This document shows, piece after piece, positions 48,378-58,852 of a DNA stretch of 64,000 nucleotides. The stretch lies in the IMG/VR virus record IMGVR_UViG_2940228231_000002, positions 32,001 through 96,000 of that record. One strand, given 5' to 3'. The notes below the pieces were generated by a model. The model ran no database searches, was not told where the DNA came from, and saw only the letters and a program-made list of their open reading frames with translations. The position numbers and the translations under genes were made by a program. Position 1 is the first letter of the stretch. Each line of letters starts with the position of its first letter. Origin of the DNA: a virus (Duplodnaviria; Caudoviricetes).

Positions 48378-49883
48378 TTGGAAGGTAAAAAAATGAGTTT
48401 AGAATATTCATCTACTCTCGTTAGTATTGCAGACGCCAACCCATCTTTTGATTTAGGTGTGTTGCGTGTTGCTTACACTGGAAAAAATAGAAATGGTTCC
48501 TTTATTAGTAAAGAATCTTTTGAGCGAGCAATTCCTTCTATGTTCGGATGTCCTGTGGTTGCAAACTATATTCGTGAAGAAGACACAATCGGAAGTCACG
48601 ATGGTGAGATTGTCGTTAAAGAAAATGGCAACATTGACTATGTAAACATCACAGAGCCAGTAGGATTTGTGCCCCCTGGAGCTCAATGGAAGTGGGAAAT
48701 TGTGCAAGATGAAGAAATACATCAGTATTTGACCACTGAAGTAGTTTTATGGAAGAGGCAGGAAGCCTATGCAAATATCAAAGAAAATGGAATTGTAAAA
48801 CAATCAATGGAAATCACAGTAACGGATAGTGTAATGCTTGATGATTATTTTCAAATTGATGATTTCTATTTCACTGCCTTTTGTTTGCTTGGGACAGCAG
48901 AGCCATGCTTTGAGTCTGCATCCCTAGAAGTGTTTGAACAAAAGAAAGATATGCAATCACAGTTGAATGAAATGTTTGAGGAATTCAAATTGGCATTCGC
49001 TACTGATGATAGATTTAATAATGAAGGAGGAGGAGAAGACAAGATGGATAAAAAAGTACAAGAATTGTTGGAAAAGTATTCAATCACAGAAGAAGAAATT
49101 TCTTTTGAAATTGAAGGACTTACCGACGAAGAGCTTGAGAGTAAGTTTGAAGAAGTGTTTGGCGAAACTGAACCCGAAGATGAACCAGAAGATGAGTTAG
49201 AAATGGAAGTTGAAGACGAACCAGAATCAGATCCAGAAGAAGATAATTTTGCTCTATCGTCCGATATCGGAAGACAATTATATAAAGTAATCAGCTCAAT
49301 TGAAAGAATTGAGTGTGACTGGGGGTCATATCCTAGATTTTATATGATGGATTTTGATGAATCGGCATCTGAGGTTTATTTTGAAGATGGAGAAGATGAA
49401 GTAATCTATGGTGCCCCATACACTTTAGACGGAGACGATGTTGTAATCGACTTTGAAAACAAAAAAAGAAAGAAATTTGCTTTTGTTGACTATGTTGAAG
49501 GAAATCAGAATTTCTCAATTTGTAGTTATGTTTGTGAAATCGGTCAGAAAACGTCTGAAGAATTTACAACTAAATATGAGCAATTGAATGAAAAATATCA
49601 ACAGCTATTAGACTCTCAAAAGCAGGAAAAAGCTAATGATTTATTTGCAAAGTTTGAAGCTAAACTATCTGGCGATCAAGATTATAGTGTACTCAAATCA
49701 GAATACGAGAAATATTCTCTTGAGGAAATTGAGACAAAATTATTCGCAATGATTGGTAAGAAAAACTTTGAATTAAATAACACAACCGTTAAAAAAGATA
49801 AATCATCGAAGGTGACATTGGACTTCAAGAAAGATGAAGAAAAAATCAATAATCCATACGATGGTTGTTTTAATTCTAAATAA
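48378..49883 (+). CDS. prohead protease/scaffold
   Basis: GKNRNGS; GSHD; QSMEI; FCLLG..EPCFESA; acidic C-terminal half. Confidence 0.8.
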   Translation: MEGKKMSLEYSSTLVSIADANPSFDLGVLRVAYTGKNRNGSFISKESFERAIPSMFGCPVVANYIREEDTIGSHDGEIVVKENGNIDYVNITEPVGFVPPGAQWKWEIVQDEEIHQYLTTEVVLWKRQEAYANIKENGIVKQSMEITVTDSVMLDDYFQIDDFYFTAFCLLGTAEPCFESASLEVFEQKKDMQSQLNEMFEEFKLAFATDDRFNNEGGGEDKMDKKVQELLEKYSITEEEISFEIEGLTDEELESKFEEVFGETEPEDEPEDELEMEVEDEPESDPEEDNFALSSDIGRQLYKVISSIERIECDWGSYPRFYMMDFDESASEVYFEDGEDEVIYGAPYTLDGDDVVIDFENKKRKKFAFVDYVEGNQNFSICSYVCEIGQKTSEEFTTKYEQLNEKYQQLLDSQKQEKANDLFAKFEAKLSGDQDYSVLKSEYEKYSLEEIETKLFAMIGKKNFELNNTTVKKDKSSKVTLDFKKDEEKINNPYDGCFNSK

Positions 49884-49903
49884 TTAAAGGAGGAATATCC
49901 ACT

Positions 49904-50422
49904 ATGAAACAAAAATACGGATACGTTGAGACAAGTGCTCTTGCTGCAACATATGGCGGCGGACACATTTACTCAGTAGTCGCAGACGAAGTCTTAGAAA
50001 ACGGCATGCTAGTTACTTTAGGTGCTGTAATCGACGCAGAAAACTATAAAGTTGAAACACCAGATGCAGATAGCAAAGTGGTTCTAGTTGCGAACCCTGC
50101 TCTTATCTACGACCAGAGCACAAAGGCAGCACAGGAAGAAATCTACTACTTCATCGAAGGCGGAACCCCTGCTAGAGCTTACGACTTAATGGAAAATGAT
50201 AGATTTGCTATCGTTGACTACTTAGTAACAGAGCCACTAGCTGGAGCTGACCAGCCAGTTGAAAAAGGCAATTTCTTAGTATGTGGAACAGACAGAAAAT
50301 ACAAAGAAGTAGCTGCTGCTGGATTTGACAAGACTGCTGTTGGATTTGCAGCAGAAATTGTTGAAATCGTTTATAAGTCTAACATGACAATCTACAGACT
50401 TAGAGTTGTTAAGAACGCATAA
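49904..50422 (+). CDS. capsid decoration protein
   Basis: Position before the capsid gene; ENGM motif. Confidence 0.65.
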   Translation: MKQKYGYVETSALAATYGGGHIYSVVADEVLENGMLVTLGAVIDAENYKVETPDADSKVVLVANPALIYDQSTKAAQEEIYYFIEGGTPARAYDLMENDRFAIVDYLVTEPLAGADQPVEKGNFLVCGTDRKYKEVAAAGFDKTAVGFAAEIVEIVYKSNMTIYRLRVVKNA

Positions 50423-50442
50423 TAGAAAGGAGGCTATACAAC

Positions 50443-51450
50443 ATGAACGGAATTACTAAATTAATGATCGATACTGCTAAAGGCCAGGTAGTGAATTTCT
50501 CCAAAGGCGATGCAGAATTAGAAATCAGAAAACAATTTAATACCCTATTGGGTCTTTCTGAGAATGCTTCTATGAAAGAAATCAGAAGAGCTATTAGAAA
50601 AAATAAAACTGCAATCTTTGAAATTATCGAAGATACCATTGACGAGCTGTTAATTAGCGGTTGGGGCGAAAATCCTTTCTTCCTTCAGTTTGTTGAAACT
50701 ATCAACCTGAATGATGGAGATAAAAATGAATTCTATGTCCCTGATGATTCTATCTTGACTATGTCTAAATTCTCTGGTAATCATCATGATTTGATCAGAC
50801 AGAAATTAGGTATTGGAAAGTCCTTCTCTGTAACCACTAGCTGGTATGGAATCAAGGTATATGAAGAATTTGAAAGATACGTTGCTGGCAGAGTTGACTG
50901 GGGCAAATATGTGACAAAATTATACGAAGGCGTTGACAAAGCTGTTAATGACATGCTATACGGTGCTTTCTTAGGTCTAAAAGACTTTATGCCACCAGCA
51001 TATGCTTTCAGTGGAGATCCAACAGAAGAAGCTATCTTGCAGAGAGTTGAGATGGTTCAGACTGCTACTGGCAAAGAGGTAGTTATCGCTGGCCCTAGAA
51101 CTGCTATTGCAAGAATCACTAACTTAAATAACGAAAAGTGGTCTGATGAAATGATCAACGAAAGAAATACTCTAGGTGGACTAGGAAGATGGAATGGAAT
51201 TCAAATGATGAGAATCCCACAGGTGTTCGAGCAAGGCACTAGAAATTTCAAATATGACGAAAAGACATTCTACATTCTACCTCTTACTGACGAAAAACCA
51301 ATTAAGTTTGTCTATGAAGGAGACCCTAGATATGTAGAAACCACTGACTACGAAACTAACAGAGATATGACTATCGAAGCAATGTACCAGACAAAAATGG
51401 GATTTGCTACAATCGTTGGCTCTGACTACGCTGTTGGTACATTCGCATAA
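50443..51450 (+). CDS. major capsid protein
   Basis: 335 aa; position; strong terminator-like hairpin at 51469-51499. Confidence 0.85.
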   Translation: MNGITKLMIDTAKGQVVNFSKGDAELEIRKQFNTLLGLSENASMKEIRRAIRKNKTAIFEIIEDTIDELLISGWGENPFFLQFVETINLNDGDKNEFYVPDDSILTMSKFSGNHHDLIRQKLGIGKSFSVTTSWYGIKVYEEFERYVAGRVDWGKYVTKLYEGVDKAVNDMLYGAFLGLKDFMPPAYAFSGDPTEEAILQRVEMVQTATGKEVVIAGPRTAIARITNLNNEKWSDEMINERNTLGGLGRWNGIQMMRIPQVFEQGTRNFKYDEKTFYILPLTDEKPIKFVYEGDPRYVETTDYETNRDMTIEAMYQTKMGFATIVGSDYAVGTFA

Positions 51451-51516
51451 TCTAAAGACGATTTTTATAGTGGGGGGGTAACTCCCCCACTGTTTTTTTG
51501 AGAAAAGGAGATAAAT

Positions 51517-52017
51517 ATGGGAAAGAACATGAAAGTTGGCACTACTCCAACGCAGAATAAAATAAAAAGAAATCATGATGAATTGATTGAATGTAAGAGT
51601 GTAAGGTTTGGGCACTTGAGATACGAGTCTAAGAAAACAGGGAATATTTATGAATGGTCGAACTTTGGAGATTTGGTTATGGTTGAGTATGGAGATTTAC
51701 TTCCATTAAAAGCATCTAAATCAAAGTTTCTACTAGAGCCTTGGTTTTTGATTGAGGATGATGAATTGATTGAAGAATGGGGACTTGGCGAAATTTACTC
51801 TTACTACAATGAATTTGATGACGTTGAGGATTTCTTAAGACAAGATGCTAAAACAATCAGAAAGAAACTTCCTCGTGCGCCAAAAGGATATAAAGATTTA
51901 ATCGCTCAGACAGCAGGAAGAATGCTGCGTGACGGGGGGTTAGACAGTTTAGCCTCAGTGAAAGTTATCGACGATGTGTTGAACACATCTCTAAAGGAAC
52001 TTATTGGGGGAGAATAA
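51517..52017 (+). CDS. hypothetical virion-module protein
   Basis: Position; WSNFGD. Confidence 0.65.
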   Translation: MGKNMKVGTTPTQNKIKRNHDELIECKSVRFGHLRYESKKTGNIYEWSNFGDLVMVEYGDLLPLKASKSKFLLEPWFLIEDDELIEEWGLGEIYSYYNEFDDVEDFLRQDAKTIRKKLPRAPKGYKDLIAQTAGRMLRDGGLDSLASVKVIDDVLNTSLKELIGGE

Positions 52018-52439
52018 TGGGAACATCTTATATGGTTGTATACAACCGTTTCTTGAGTAAAGTCACAGACTATTTTATCTATGAGCTTACAGACGAGGAC
52101 ACTGTTGAATATTGCCACAATTTAATGATTTCAGCTATTGCGAATTTAAAAAAAATAGAGAATGATTTAACTGATGTTGATGAAGAGTTGCAGGCATTTA
52201 ATGCAGAATTAAACAATAAAGAGATAGAATACATTGCCTGTAGGATGGTGTGTGAGTGGCTAGACCCTCAAATCAATAACACTACCCTAACCAAGCAATA
52301 CATAGGCACAAAAGACGAAAAGTTTTATGCCCCTGCAAATCAACTCAGTGAACTAAGAAAACTACGGGATGAAGGAATGGCTCGCGCCCAAAAAATTCGT
52401 AGGGATTATCTTTACTCTACTATGGTCGCCACAACTTGA
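52017..52439 (+). CDS. putative head-tail adaptor
   Basis: Position; MGTSY..VY..FL. Confidence 0.6.
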   Translation: MGTSYMVVYNRFLSKVTDYFIYELTDEDTVEYCHNLMISAIANLKKIENDLTDVDEELQAFNAELNNKEIEYIACRMVCEWLDPQINNTTLTKQYIGTKDEKFYAPANQLSELRKLRDEGMARAQKIRRDYLYSTMVATT

Positions 52440-52741
52440 TCTACACAAAATACGGCAACATAACAGACGAACAATTTAAAAAATACAAAGATTCTATAGT
52501 GAGTAGAATATACGCCATATTGCCCATGAAGGAAACCGCTGTTGAAACTATTGACGAATATGTCAGTAGCCTCAATAGAGAACTGATTAGGAATATAGAT
52601 GTCTTTGGTAACTGCGAGCATATATTGTCTGTCGTGTGTCTACTTGAACATGTGGTGTCAGAAGACAATCATGATATATATCGAAAAGAAGTGTTGAATT
52701 GCTGTAATATCGTATCGAGGGCAGGTGTTGTAAATGTTTGA
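52436..52741 (+). CDS. hypothetical protein
   Basis: Overlaps neighbouring genes. Confidence 0.65.
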   Translation: MIYTKYGNITDEQFKKYKDSIVSRIYAILPMKETAVETIDEYVSSLNRELIRNIDVFGNCEHILSVVCLLEHVVSEDNHDIYRKEVLNCCNIVSRAGVVNV

Positions 52742-53783
52742 AGCATATAGAAATAGGCTCGGACAGTATGGCAAGACCGACAAGGAAGCGTCTCAAGCAC
52801 ACAGAATCATGGTAAAGGAAGTGAGTTTTAAGAACTCACAATCTTATAAGAGCGTCGTCATTGACGGCAAAAACTATGATGCTAGAATCACGAAAGATGT
52901 GAACGACACATTTAAAACAGGTAGCGGAAGTTACAGAATAGAGTTTAGAGACGGCGTATACTTCCCTCCTGGCACTTATATTAATGTCTATAATGAAACG
53001 TCGAAAAAAGATGACGTATGGATGTTAATCAACATTTCTGATAACCCTATTTTCCCTTTGCATATAATCAAAAAATGTGCATATAACTTAAAATGGAAAA
53101 ACGAAAATGGAGAAATTATCGAAAGAATGATTGCATTTGACGATAGTTACAAAATTTACGACGGCATTAGAAACTATGGATATAGAACAAATCTACCAGA
53201 GGCTTCTCTTGTCGTGACAATTCCATATGACAATGAAACAACAAACATCAGATATGATAAGCGATTCTTAATCGACTATGTCGGCACAATAGGAACTCCA
53301 GAAGCATATTCTGTTACAAACAGAAATGCCATCTCAAGAGTAAGTGACGGACATGGTGTGATTACCCTATCTTTAACAAGAGACCAGTTTAACTATACAA
53401 AAGATAACGCAGAGCTTATGATTGCCGACTATTATACAGTTGACATTCCAGAGCCACAACCAGATCCACCGTCAGAAATGGCACGGGCTGAAATAACAAA
53501 CAAGGGCTCAAGTAAGATTACTATGGGCACTCCATATAAAGAATTTGTGGTTAATTTCTATGATTCAAATGGAAATATTGTTGAAGATGTTTTATGCAAT
53601 TGGGAACTAAAAATACTTCCAGAGTTGATGCAGTTCTTTACAGTTGTGGTTGAGGGTCAAAAAATCCAAATCAAAACTGTCTACAATGAGAATCTAATCA
53701 ACTATTCATTTAAGCTATATTGCGAAAACGCCGATGGAAGCGTTTCCACAGAAAAAGCTATAAAGGTGGTGAGCGGTATATGA
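52734..53783 (+). CDS. putative head closure protein
   Basis: Position; CAYNLKW. Confidence 0.55.
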   Translation: MFEAYRNRLGQYGKTDKEASQAHRIMVKEVSFKNSQSYKSVVIDGKNYDARITKDVNDTFKTGSGSYRIEFRDGVYFPPGTYINVYNETSKKDDVWMLINISDNPIFPLHIIKKCAYNLKWKNENGEIIERMIAFDDSYKIYDGIRNYGYRTNLPEASLVVTIPYDNETTNIRYDKRFLIDYVGTIGTPEAYSVTNRNAISRVSDGHGVITLSLTRDQFNYTKDNAELMIADYYTVDIPEPQPDPPSEMARAEITNKGSSKITMGTPYKEFVVNFYDSNGNIVEDVLCNWELKILPELMQFFTVVVEGQKIQIKTVYNENLINYSFKLYCENADGSVSTEKAIKVVSGI

Positions 53784-54292
53784 GTACTGATAAAGCCTAT
53801 GACATTATCCAGTACAAACGCTCTGTCATGAATAGCATTATCAATGAGGATATTATTGTTAAAGCGATAAATGGCAAAGATAGTAACGGCGTACCATACG
53901 AGCCAGGAGATTTGTATTATACACATATATTCCCCTATGCATATATCCCTGGCACAATAGACGTTGCTGGATGTTACATAACACTTGAAATGAACATACC
54001 GCAGGTATCTACCGCAAATCATTTCTTCAAAGACTTGTTGATTAGTGTCACGGTGATTTGTCACCAAGACATAATGCAAATGTGTGAAGGAGAACCATTG
54101 GGGGCCACTGGAGCCACGAGAGCCGATTTTGTTGCGGCGGAGGTAGACAAGCTTCTAAACAACTCAGTTGGTATCGTGGGGACAAAGGAACTAGAAAGAG
54201 TTTCTAATATTGAAGGAGCGATTGACCCAGCACATCGCTGCCGTATTATCAGATACAGGACTAGCGTTCCTGCTAAGAGTTTGTGTGACTGA
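53780..54292 (+). CDS. putative tail completion protein
   Basis: IFPY.YIP.T; RAD. Confidence 0.55.
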   Translation: MSTDKAYDIIQYKRSVMNSIINEDIIVKAINGKDSNGVPYEPGDLYYTHIFPYAYIPGTIDVAGCYITLEMNIPQVSTANHFFKDLLISVTVICHQDIMQMCEGEPLGATGATRADFVAAEVDKLLNNSVGIVGTKELERVSNIEGAIDPAHRCRIIRYRTSVPAKSLCD

Positions 54293-54293
54293 T

Positions 54294-55019
54294 ATGGATG
54301 AATTAAATCTACTACGTGGAGGTAAACACGAGATCAATGATAAAATCTCTATCAACTCCCCTACCCTTGGCGAAATATTAGAATATGGAGAGGATAGATA
54401 CTGGGCACTTGTAAGTTCACTAACAGCGACAAGCTACGATTTCAGATTTGCTCTGGACGACGCTGGCATCGACTATGAAGATGTTGATGATTTCACTGTG
54501 TTTGGACTTGCGATAAGTGGGCTCTCTATAGAAGATAGTCGTATTTTATTTGGCGACTTGCATCTTGACAATTTCACCCCGATAGATGAAGAGGAAGATG
54601 AGGGAATAATCTACAAAAACTTTGAAGACAGAGTGAATATAGATATTGTGATATATGAGCTTATCGTATCGTATTTACGAAAGCTACATGGATTTAAGCG
54701 CAACTATAAAGTTGCTGGAAATAAAGCGGCTCGGAAATTCTACATGGAAGAAGAGCGCAGAATATTAGAAGAAAAAGCAAAAAAGGGCGAAAAAATGGAT
54801 TCATTGCTCGCACCGTTAGTATCTTCTATGGTTAATTGTAACGATTTCAAATATAACTATGAAACCGTTTGGCAATTACCTTTATATACATTTATGGATT
54901 CTGTTAAAAGGATTCAAAAAATAAGTGATTACCGTAATTTAATGGTAGGCGTTAACACTGGAAACATAGATGTTAGCAAAATACCATCAGAACGGTTTAA
55001 TTGGCTAGGAGGGTTATAA
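54294..55019 (+). CDS. hypothetical tail-module protein
   Basis: PTLGEI; FMDSVKRIQ; NW C-terminus. Confidence 0.6.
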   Translation: MDELNLLRGGKHEINDKISINSPTLGEILEYGEDRYWALVSSLTATSYDFRFALDDAGIDYEDVDDFTVFGLAISGLSIEDSRILFGDLHLDNFTPIDEEEDEGIIYKNFEDRVNIDIVIYELIVSYLRKLHGFKRNYKVAGNKAARKFYMEEERRILEEKAKKGEKMDSLLAPLVSSMVNCNDFKYNYETVWQLPLYTFMDSVKRIQKISDYRNLMVGVNTGNIDVSKIPSERFNWLGGL

Positions 55020-55056
55020 CACTCTTCTTTTTTTAATTTAAGGAGGAAAATCTACA

Positions 55057-55836
55057 ATGCTAAATATTGAAAACTTAGTCATTAATAGAGTTCTTAGAGG
55101 TACTCTCGTTGACAAAGCAACAGGCGAAATTATCGTTAGTGTTGATCAGATTTCTGATGCTTCTTTGGAATGTTCAGGAGAACAGGTATTTACCAATGAC
55201 GCATTAGGACAGAAAATTGCCGCATTTGACAGAAGTAAAGATGCTAAGTTCACTGCATCTAACGCTCTAATCAACTTTGGACTTATGGCTGCACAGCTTG
55301 GTTCAGAGAAAGAAATCGCAGACGCAACTAACAAAATTGTTGTTCCTGCATTTGAATTGATTGACGTTGAAGACCCAAATACTGTTGAATTGCTTGCTGA
55401 ACCTTATGGTGAATTGAAATATATCTACTCTACTCATGCAGACAAGAGCAAGAATATGAAATACACAGTAGGTGTAGCTGCAACTGATACTGAATTTGCT
55501 ATCTCTGGAAAGACTATCACTCTTCCAACTGGTGCGTTTGCAAAAGGCGACAGAGTGGCTGTATGGTACGAAAGAGAAACTGAAAATGCAGTTAAGATCA
55601 GAAACACTACAACTGACTTCTCTAAGGGTGGTAAGTTTATCCTAGAAGTATTAGCTTGCGACGTATGTGACGTTAACACTGAATACTACACTTATGTTAT
55701 CTTTGGTAACGGTAAGATGGACAACAACATCACTATCGACTTCTCTAATGAGGCAAAACAACAGTTCGTTGTAAATGCACTTCAGGATTACTGTTCTGCT
55801 GAAAACGAATTATTCTCTATTGTCGTTGCTGACTAA
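55057..55836 (+). CDS. major tail tube protein
   Basis: Strong RBS; position and size. Confidence 0.7.
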   Translation: MLNIENLVINRVLRGTLVDKATGEIIVSVDQISDASLECSGEQVFTNDALGQKIAAFDRSKDAKFTASNALINFGLMAAQLGSEKEIADATNKIVVPAFELIDVEDPNTVELLAEPYGELKYIYSTHADKSKNMKYTVGVAATDTEFAISGKTITLPTGAFAKGDRVAVWYERETENAVKIRNTTTDFSKGGKFILEVLACDVCDVNTEYYTYVIFGNGKMDNNITIDFSNEAKQQFVVNALQDYCSAENELFSIVVAD

Positions 55837-55851
55837 TTCGGCGGTGATGAT

Positions 55852-56220
55852 ATGAAAAAGGAAAAACTAGATCATAAATGCGTAATATGTGGCACTATGT
55901 ATCATTCTTGCGACAACTGTCAGCAGATTAAAACATACACTCCTTGGAGAAGTTTGTGTGATACTTTTGACCACTATCAAGTTTGGCTATCTATTCGTTC
56001 TTATCAGGACGGACTGGACTCTCTTGAGGAGACAATCGCCAATCTCGAAAGAGCTGGCGTTAATAAAAAGTCTTATGCTGATTGGCCACAAGGTGTGAAA
56101 GACATTCTTGACGGCATTTTTGCACAGGCGACACAAAAGAAACCTGCCCGTAAAACCGAAAAGACTGAATTAGAAACCCCAAAAACTGACGTGATGAAAA
56201 ACGCAGAATCTGAAGAATAA
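55852..56220 (+). CDS. Zn-finger hypothetical protein
   Basis: CVICG..Y..CDNC..WR..CD. Confidence 0.7.
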   Translation: MKKEKLDHKCVICGTMYHSCDNCQQIKTYTPWRSLCDTFDHYQVWLSIRSYQDGLDSLEETIANLERAGVNKKSYADWPQGVKDILDGIFAQATQKKPARKTEKTELETPKTDVMKNAESEE

Positions 56221-56278
56221 GGATGAGAGGGACAAAATGGGATTGACCAGTCTTATTTTGCCCTCTTTTTTCACTACT

Positions 56279-56707
56279 ATGGAAATAAAATTAACAATTG
56301 ACCAAAATTGCGTTGACAACTATAACGCAGAGTATTTTAAAGCACATCCACGTGCAAAGAAACCGCCGATAAAGGCACCGCAGCACCCTACCCTCAATTG
56401 GTATATGACAGCCAACAATATGTCGGCAAATAATGTAAAGCAACATTGGAAGAATTTAATCTTTAATATTGCCAATGAAATGTCATTTGCAGATATGGGG
56501 ATAGAAAAGTGCGAGATACAATACAAGACATATTTCAAAACAAACAGGCTAATGGACTTGGACAATATAACTCCTAAGTTCATATTAGACGGTCTAGTTC
56601 ATGCCAATGTATTGGTTGCCGACGATTACAAGCATATCACGAAGCTAACTACAGAGGCAGACGTTGACAAGTCGAACCCCAGAATTGAAATGGTTATTGT
56701 ATTTTAA
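56279..56707 (+). CDS. RusA-like Holliday junction resolvase
   Basis: DLDN.TPKFILDGL..ADD..NPRIE. Confidence 0.8.
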   Translation: MEIKLTIDQNCVDNYNAEYFKAHPRAKKPPIKAPQHPTLNWYMTANNMSANNVKQHWKNLIFNIANEMSFADMGIEKCEIQYKTYFKTNRLMDLDNITPKFILDGLVHANVLVADDYKHITKLTTEADVDKSNPRIEMVIVF

Positions 56708-56727
56708 GAAAAAAGGAGAAAAACAAA

Positions 56728-57297
56728 ATGGAAAAAATGGATAAAAATATTGCTGAAAAACTATATAAAGCGACAAAAGATAAGTGGGAAGAAACCACAA
56801 CACACACTTTTAAAATTGGAGAAGAAGATGAAGTAACCACTACGGTGATGACATGCATTCCAGCGGGAGATATTCAAAACATTGTTGACTTAGTAACAAT
56901 TGCCTCATTTATGAGAGGCGAAAGAGATCTCGTTGCAGAAAAGACATATTTAGCTAGATGCATCATTGAATATTTGACTGATATTCCAACCCCGCAAATT
57001 GAAAGCGAAAACGAAGATGGTGAGGTTGAGCTTATTGACGATTTGAATGTTTGCTTTGAATTAGTGTTTGGTGCAGGTGGTCTTTGGCGCAATCAAGGGT
57101 TTGCTCAACTATATAATGATTTAGCAGGAATCATCAGTAGTCAGTGTGCTCAGATAAGCGATACAAAAACACCAGTTAATTTTTTAGCAGAGAAGATATT
57201 AGATTTGTATCAAATCAGTAAACATGAAATTTCAAAAATCTTAGATGACCCAGATACATTTATTAACAATGTTCTAAATGTCGTTGAGAACAAGTAA
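56728..57297 (+). CDS. hypothetical, possibly tail assembly chaperone
   Basis: Acidic; position. Confidence 0.55.
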   Translation: MEKMDKNIAEKLYKATKDKWEETTTHTFKIGEEDEVTTTVMTCIPAGDIQNIVDLVTIASFMRGERDLVAEKTYLARCIIEYLTDIPTPQIESENEDGEVELIDDLNVCFELVFGAGGLWRNQGFAQLYNDLAGIISSQCAQISDTKTPVNFLAEKILDLYQISKHEISKILDDPDTFINNVLNVVENK

Positions 57298-57310
57298 ATG
57301 AAAGATTGGA

Positions 57311-57853
57311 GTGATGACTATGGGCTACTCTAGTCCTAGTGAACTGATTGCGGCCTTAGAGAAAGATAAGAAGTTGAATAAGCAAATTCAAAGTCAAGTC
57401 GCATCAGATGGTGGCACTACTTATGACGCAAAGAGTCTGAATAAATGTGCTGCTGAACTCATGTCCTTAATTATAACAAATCTAGAAAAATACTATAGTA
57501 GTTATAACCCTATTGAATACCCAAGAACATACAATCTAAGAGGGATGTTTAGCGCGCCTATAATAGATGCCAACAATGGCACAATACAAATACCGTTTTC
57601 AGGCAACGCTTTTCACCCCAGCGCATTGGAAAATGATGTTCATTATAGTTTCGTACCGATACTGCTGAACTATGGGTGGTCAGTCAAAGGGTCAACCAAG
57701 AGGAATAGCCGCTTTGAACATTTTGAAGGAAGTATGTTTATTACAAACGCCATCAATTCGTTCAACAGAAAATATGCAAAAGACGGAATCACCGCAAAGT
57801 TTATAGTTGCTGGCGAAGATGCCGAAATGTCTAGCTATTCCCCTTACTTATAA
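57311..57853 (+). CDS. hypothetical tail-module protein
   Basis: YY.SY.P..Y.RT. Confidence 0.6.
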   Translation: MMTMGYSSPSELIAALEKDKKLNKQIQSQVASDGGTTYDAKSLNKCAAELMSLIITNLEKYYSSYNPIEYPRTYNLRGMFSAPIIDANNGTIQIPFSGNAFHPSALENDVHYSFVPILLNYGWSVKGSTKRNSRFEHFEGSMFITNAINSFNRKYAKDGITAKFIVAGEDAEMSSYSPYL

Positions 57854-57874
57854 GAAAAACGGAGGAAAAAACGT

Positions 57875-58276
57875 ATGAAAGATATATTATTAGAAGTCTT
57901 TGTTGTGCACTTTGCAGATGTGATTGCCCTATTCTTAGTGACAGTTGTTGTCGCATTGATTGGGAAGTTAATGGGAGTGTTAAAAACAAAGCTAACATCA
58001 GAACAGTTGGAGCACATTAAGAAATGGGCAAAAATCCTAGTTGAATCAGCACAAAGATTGGAAGAGTCTGGTGGATTGAATAATACCACCAAAAAAGAGT
58101 TGGTTATGAATCAACTAATGGAGCTCGTAGAATCTTCAAAGTTTAAGTTCACTGAAGCCCAAATAGATGCAATTAGAAGAGCCGCCGTAGTATCTATGGA
58201 GAATCTTTCAATGCAGATGGATGTAATTTTGGACGACTTTTTATCAGACGTGCAAGAAGAAGCAGACATCAATTAA
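57875..58276 (+). CDS. LL-H-type holin
   Basis: N-terminal TM; V.SAQ..KK..V..ID..R.AAV. Confidence 0.7.
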   Translation: MKDILLEVFVVHFADVIALFLVTVVVALIGKLMGVLKTKLTSEQLEHIKKWAKILVESAQRLEESGGLNNTTKKELVMNQLMELVESSKFKFTEAQIDAIRRAAVVSMENLSMQMDVILDDFLSDVQEEADIN

Positions 58277-58323
58277 CTCCAACAATTGTCGTTCTAGATG
58301 CAAGAAATTATTAAGGAGTATTA

Positions 58324-58767
58324 ATGATCACATTAGAATTTTTAGCAAGAAACTCTGGTTATATAATAACGATGATTACTTTGCTCACGCTTTTAATCAG
58401 ACCCATTAGGCAGGCTTTGTTTGCCCTATTGGAGAAAATGAAAAAGAATGAAGCAGACGACAAACAACTTGAAGCACTGGTGCTTGCCGTGGGTGAAATG
58501 AAATGTCAACTGACAGAGCAGTATGACATTATCCAAAAGGAGCTCACAGCACAGCACATTGAAGACGATAGACAGAAAGACGCACTCAGGTGTATGCTGA
58601 GGAACACAATCACACATATTTACTATAAATATGAAGAATTGAAAGTGATACCGAAGCTAGAAAAAGAAAACTTTGCAAAACTTTGTGAAGTGTATTTCAG
58701 CGTACTAGACGGAAATAGTTATGTAAATGAAATATATGAAATCGTGATGCACATGCCAGTTATCTAA
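58324..58767 (+). CDS. holin-like membrane protein
   Basis: N-terminal TM; LR..I..IY; GNSY. Confidence 0.6.
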   Translation: MITLEFLARNSGYIITMITLLTLLIRPIRQALFALLEKMKKNEADDKQLEALVLAVGEMKCQLTEQYDIIQKELTAQHIEDDRQKDALRCMLRNTITHIYYKYEELKVIPKLEKENFAKLCEVYFSVLDGNSYVNEIYEIVMHMPVI

Positions 58768-58852
58768 AGACAGGTTTAATCCTGTCTTTTGCGTTTTTCA
58801 AAGAAAGTGAAAGATAGGGTTAAATCTAAAAGTTTGAAAAGGAGTTGACTGC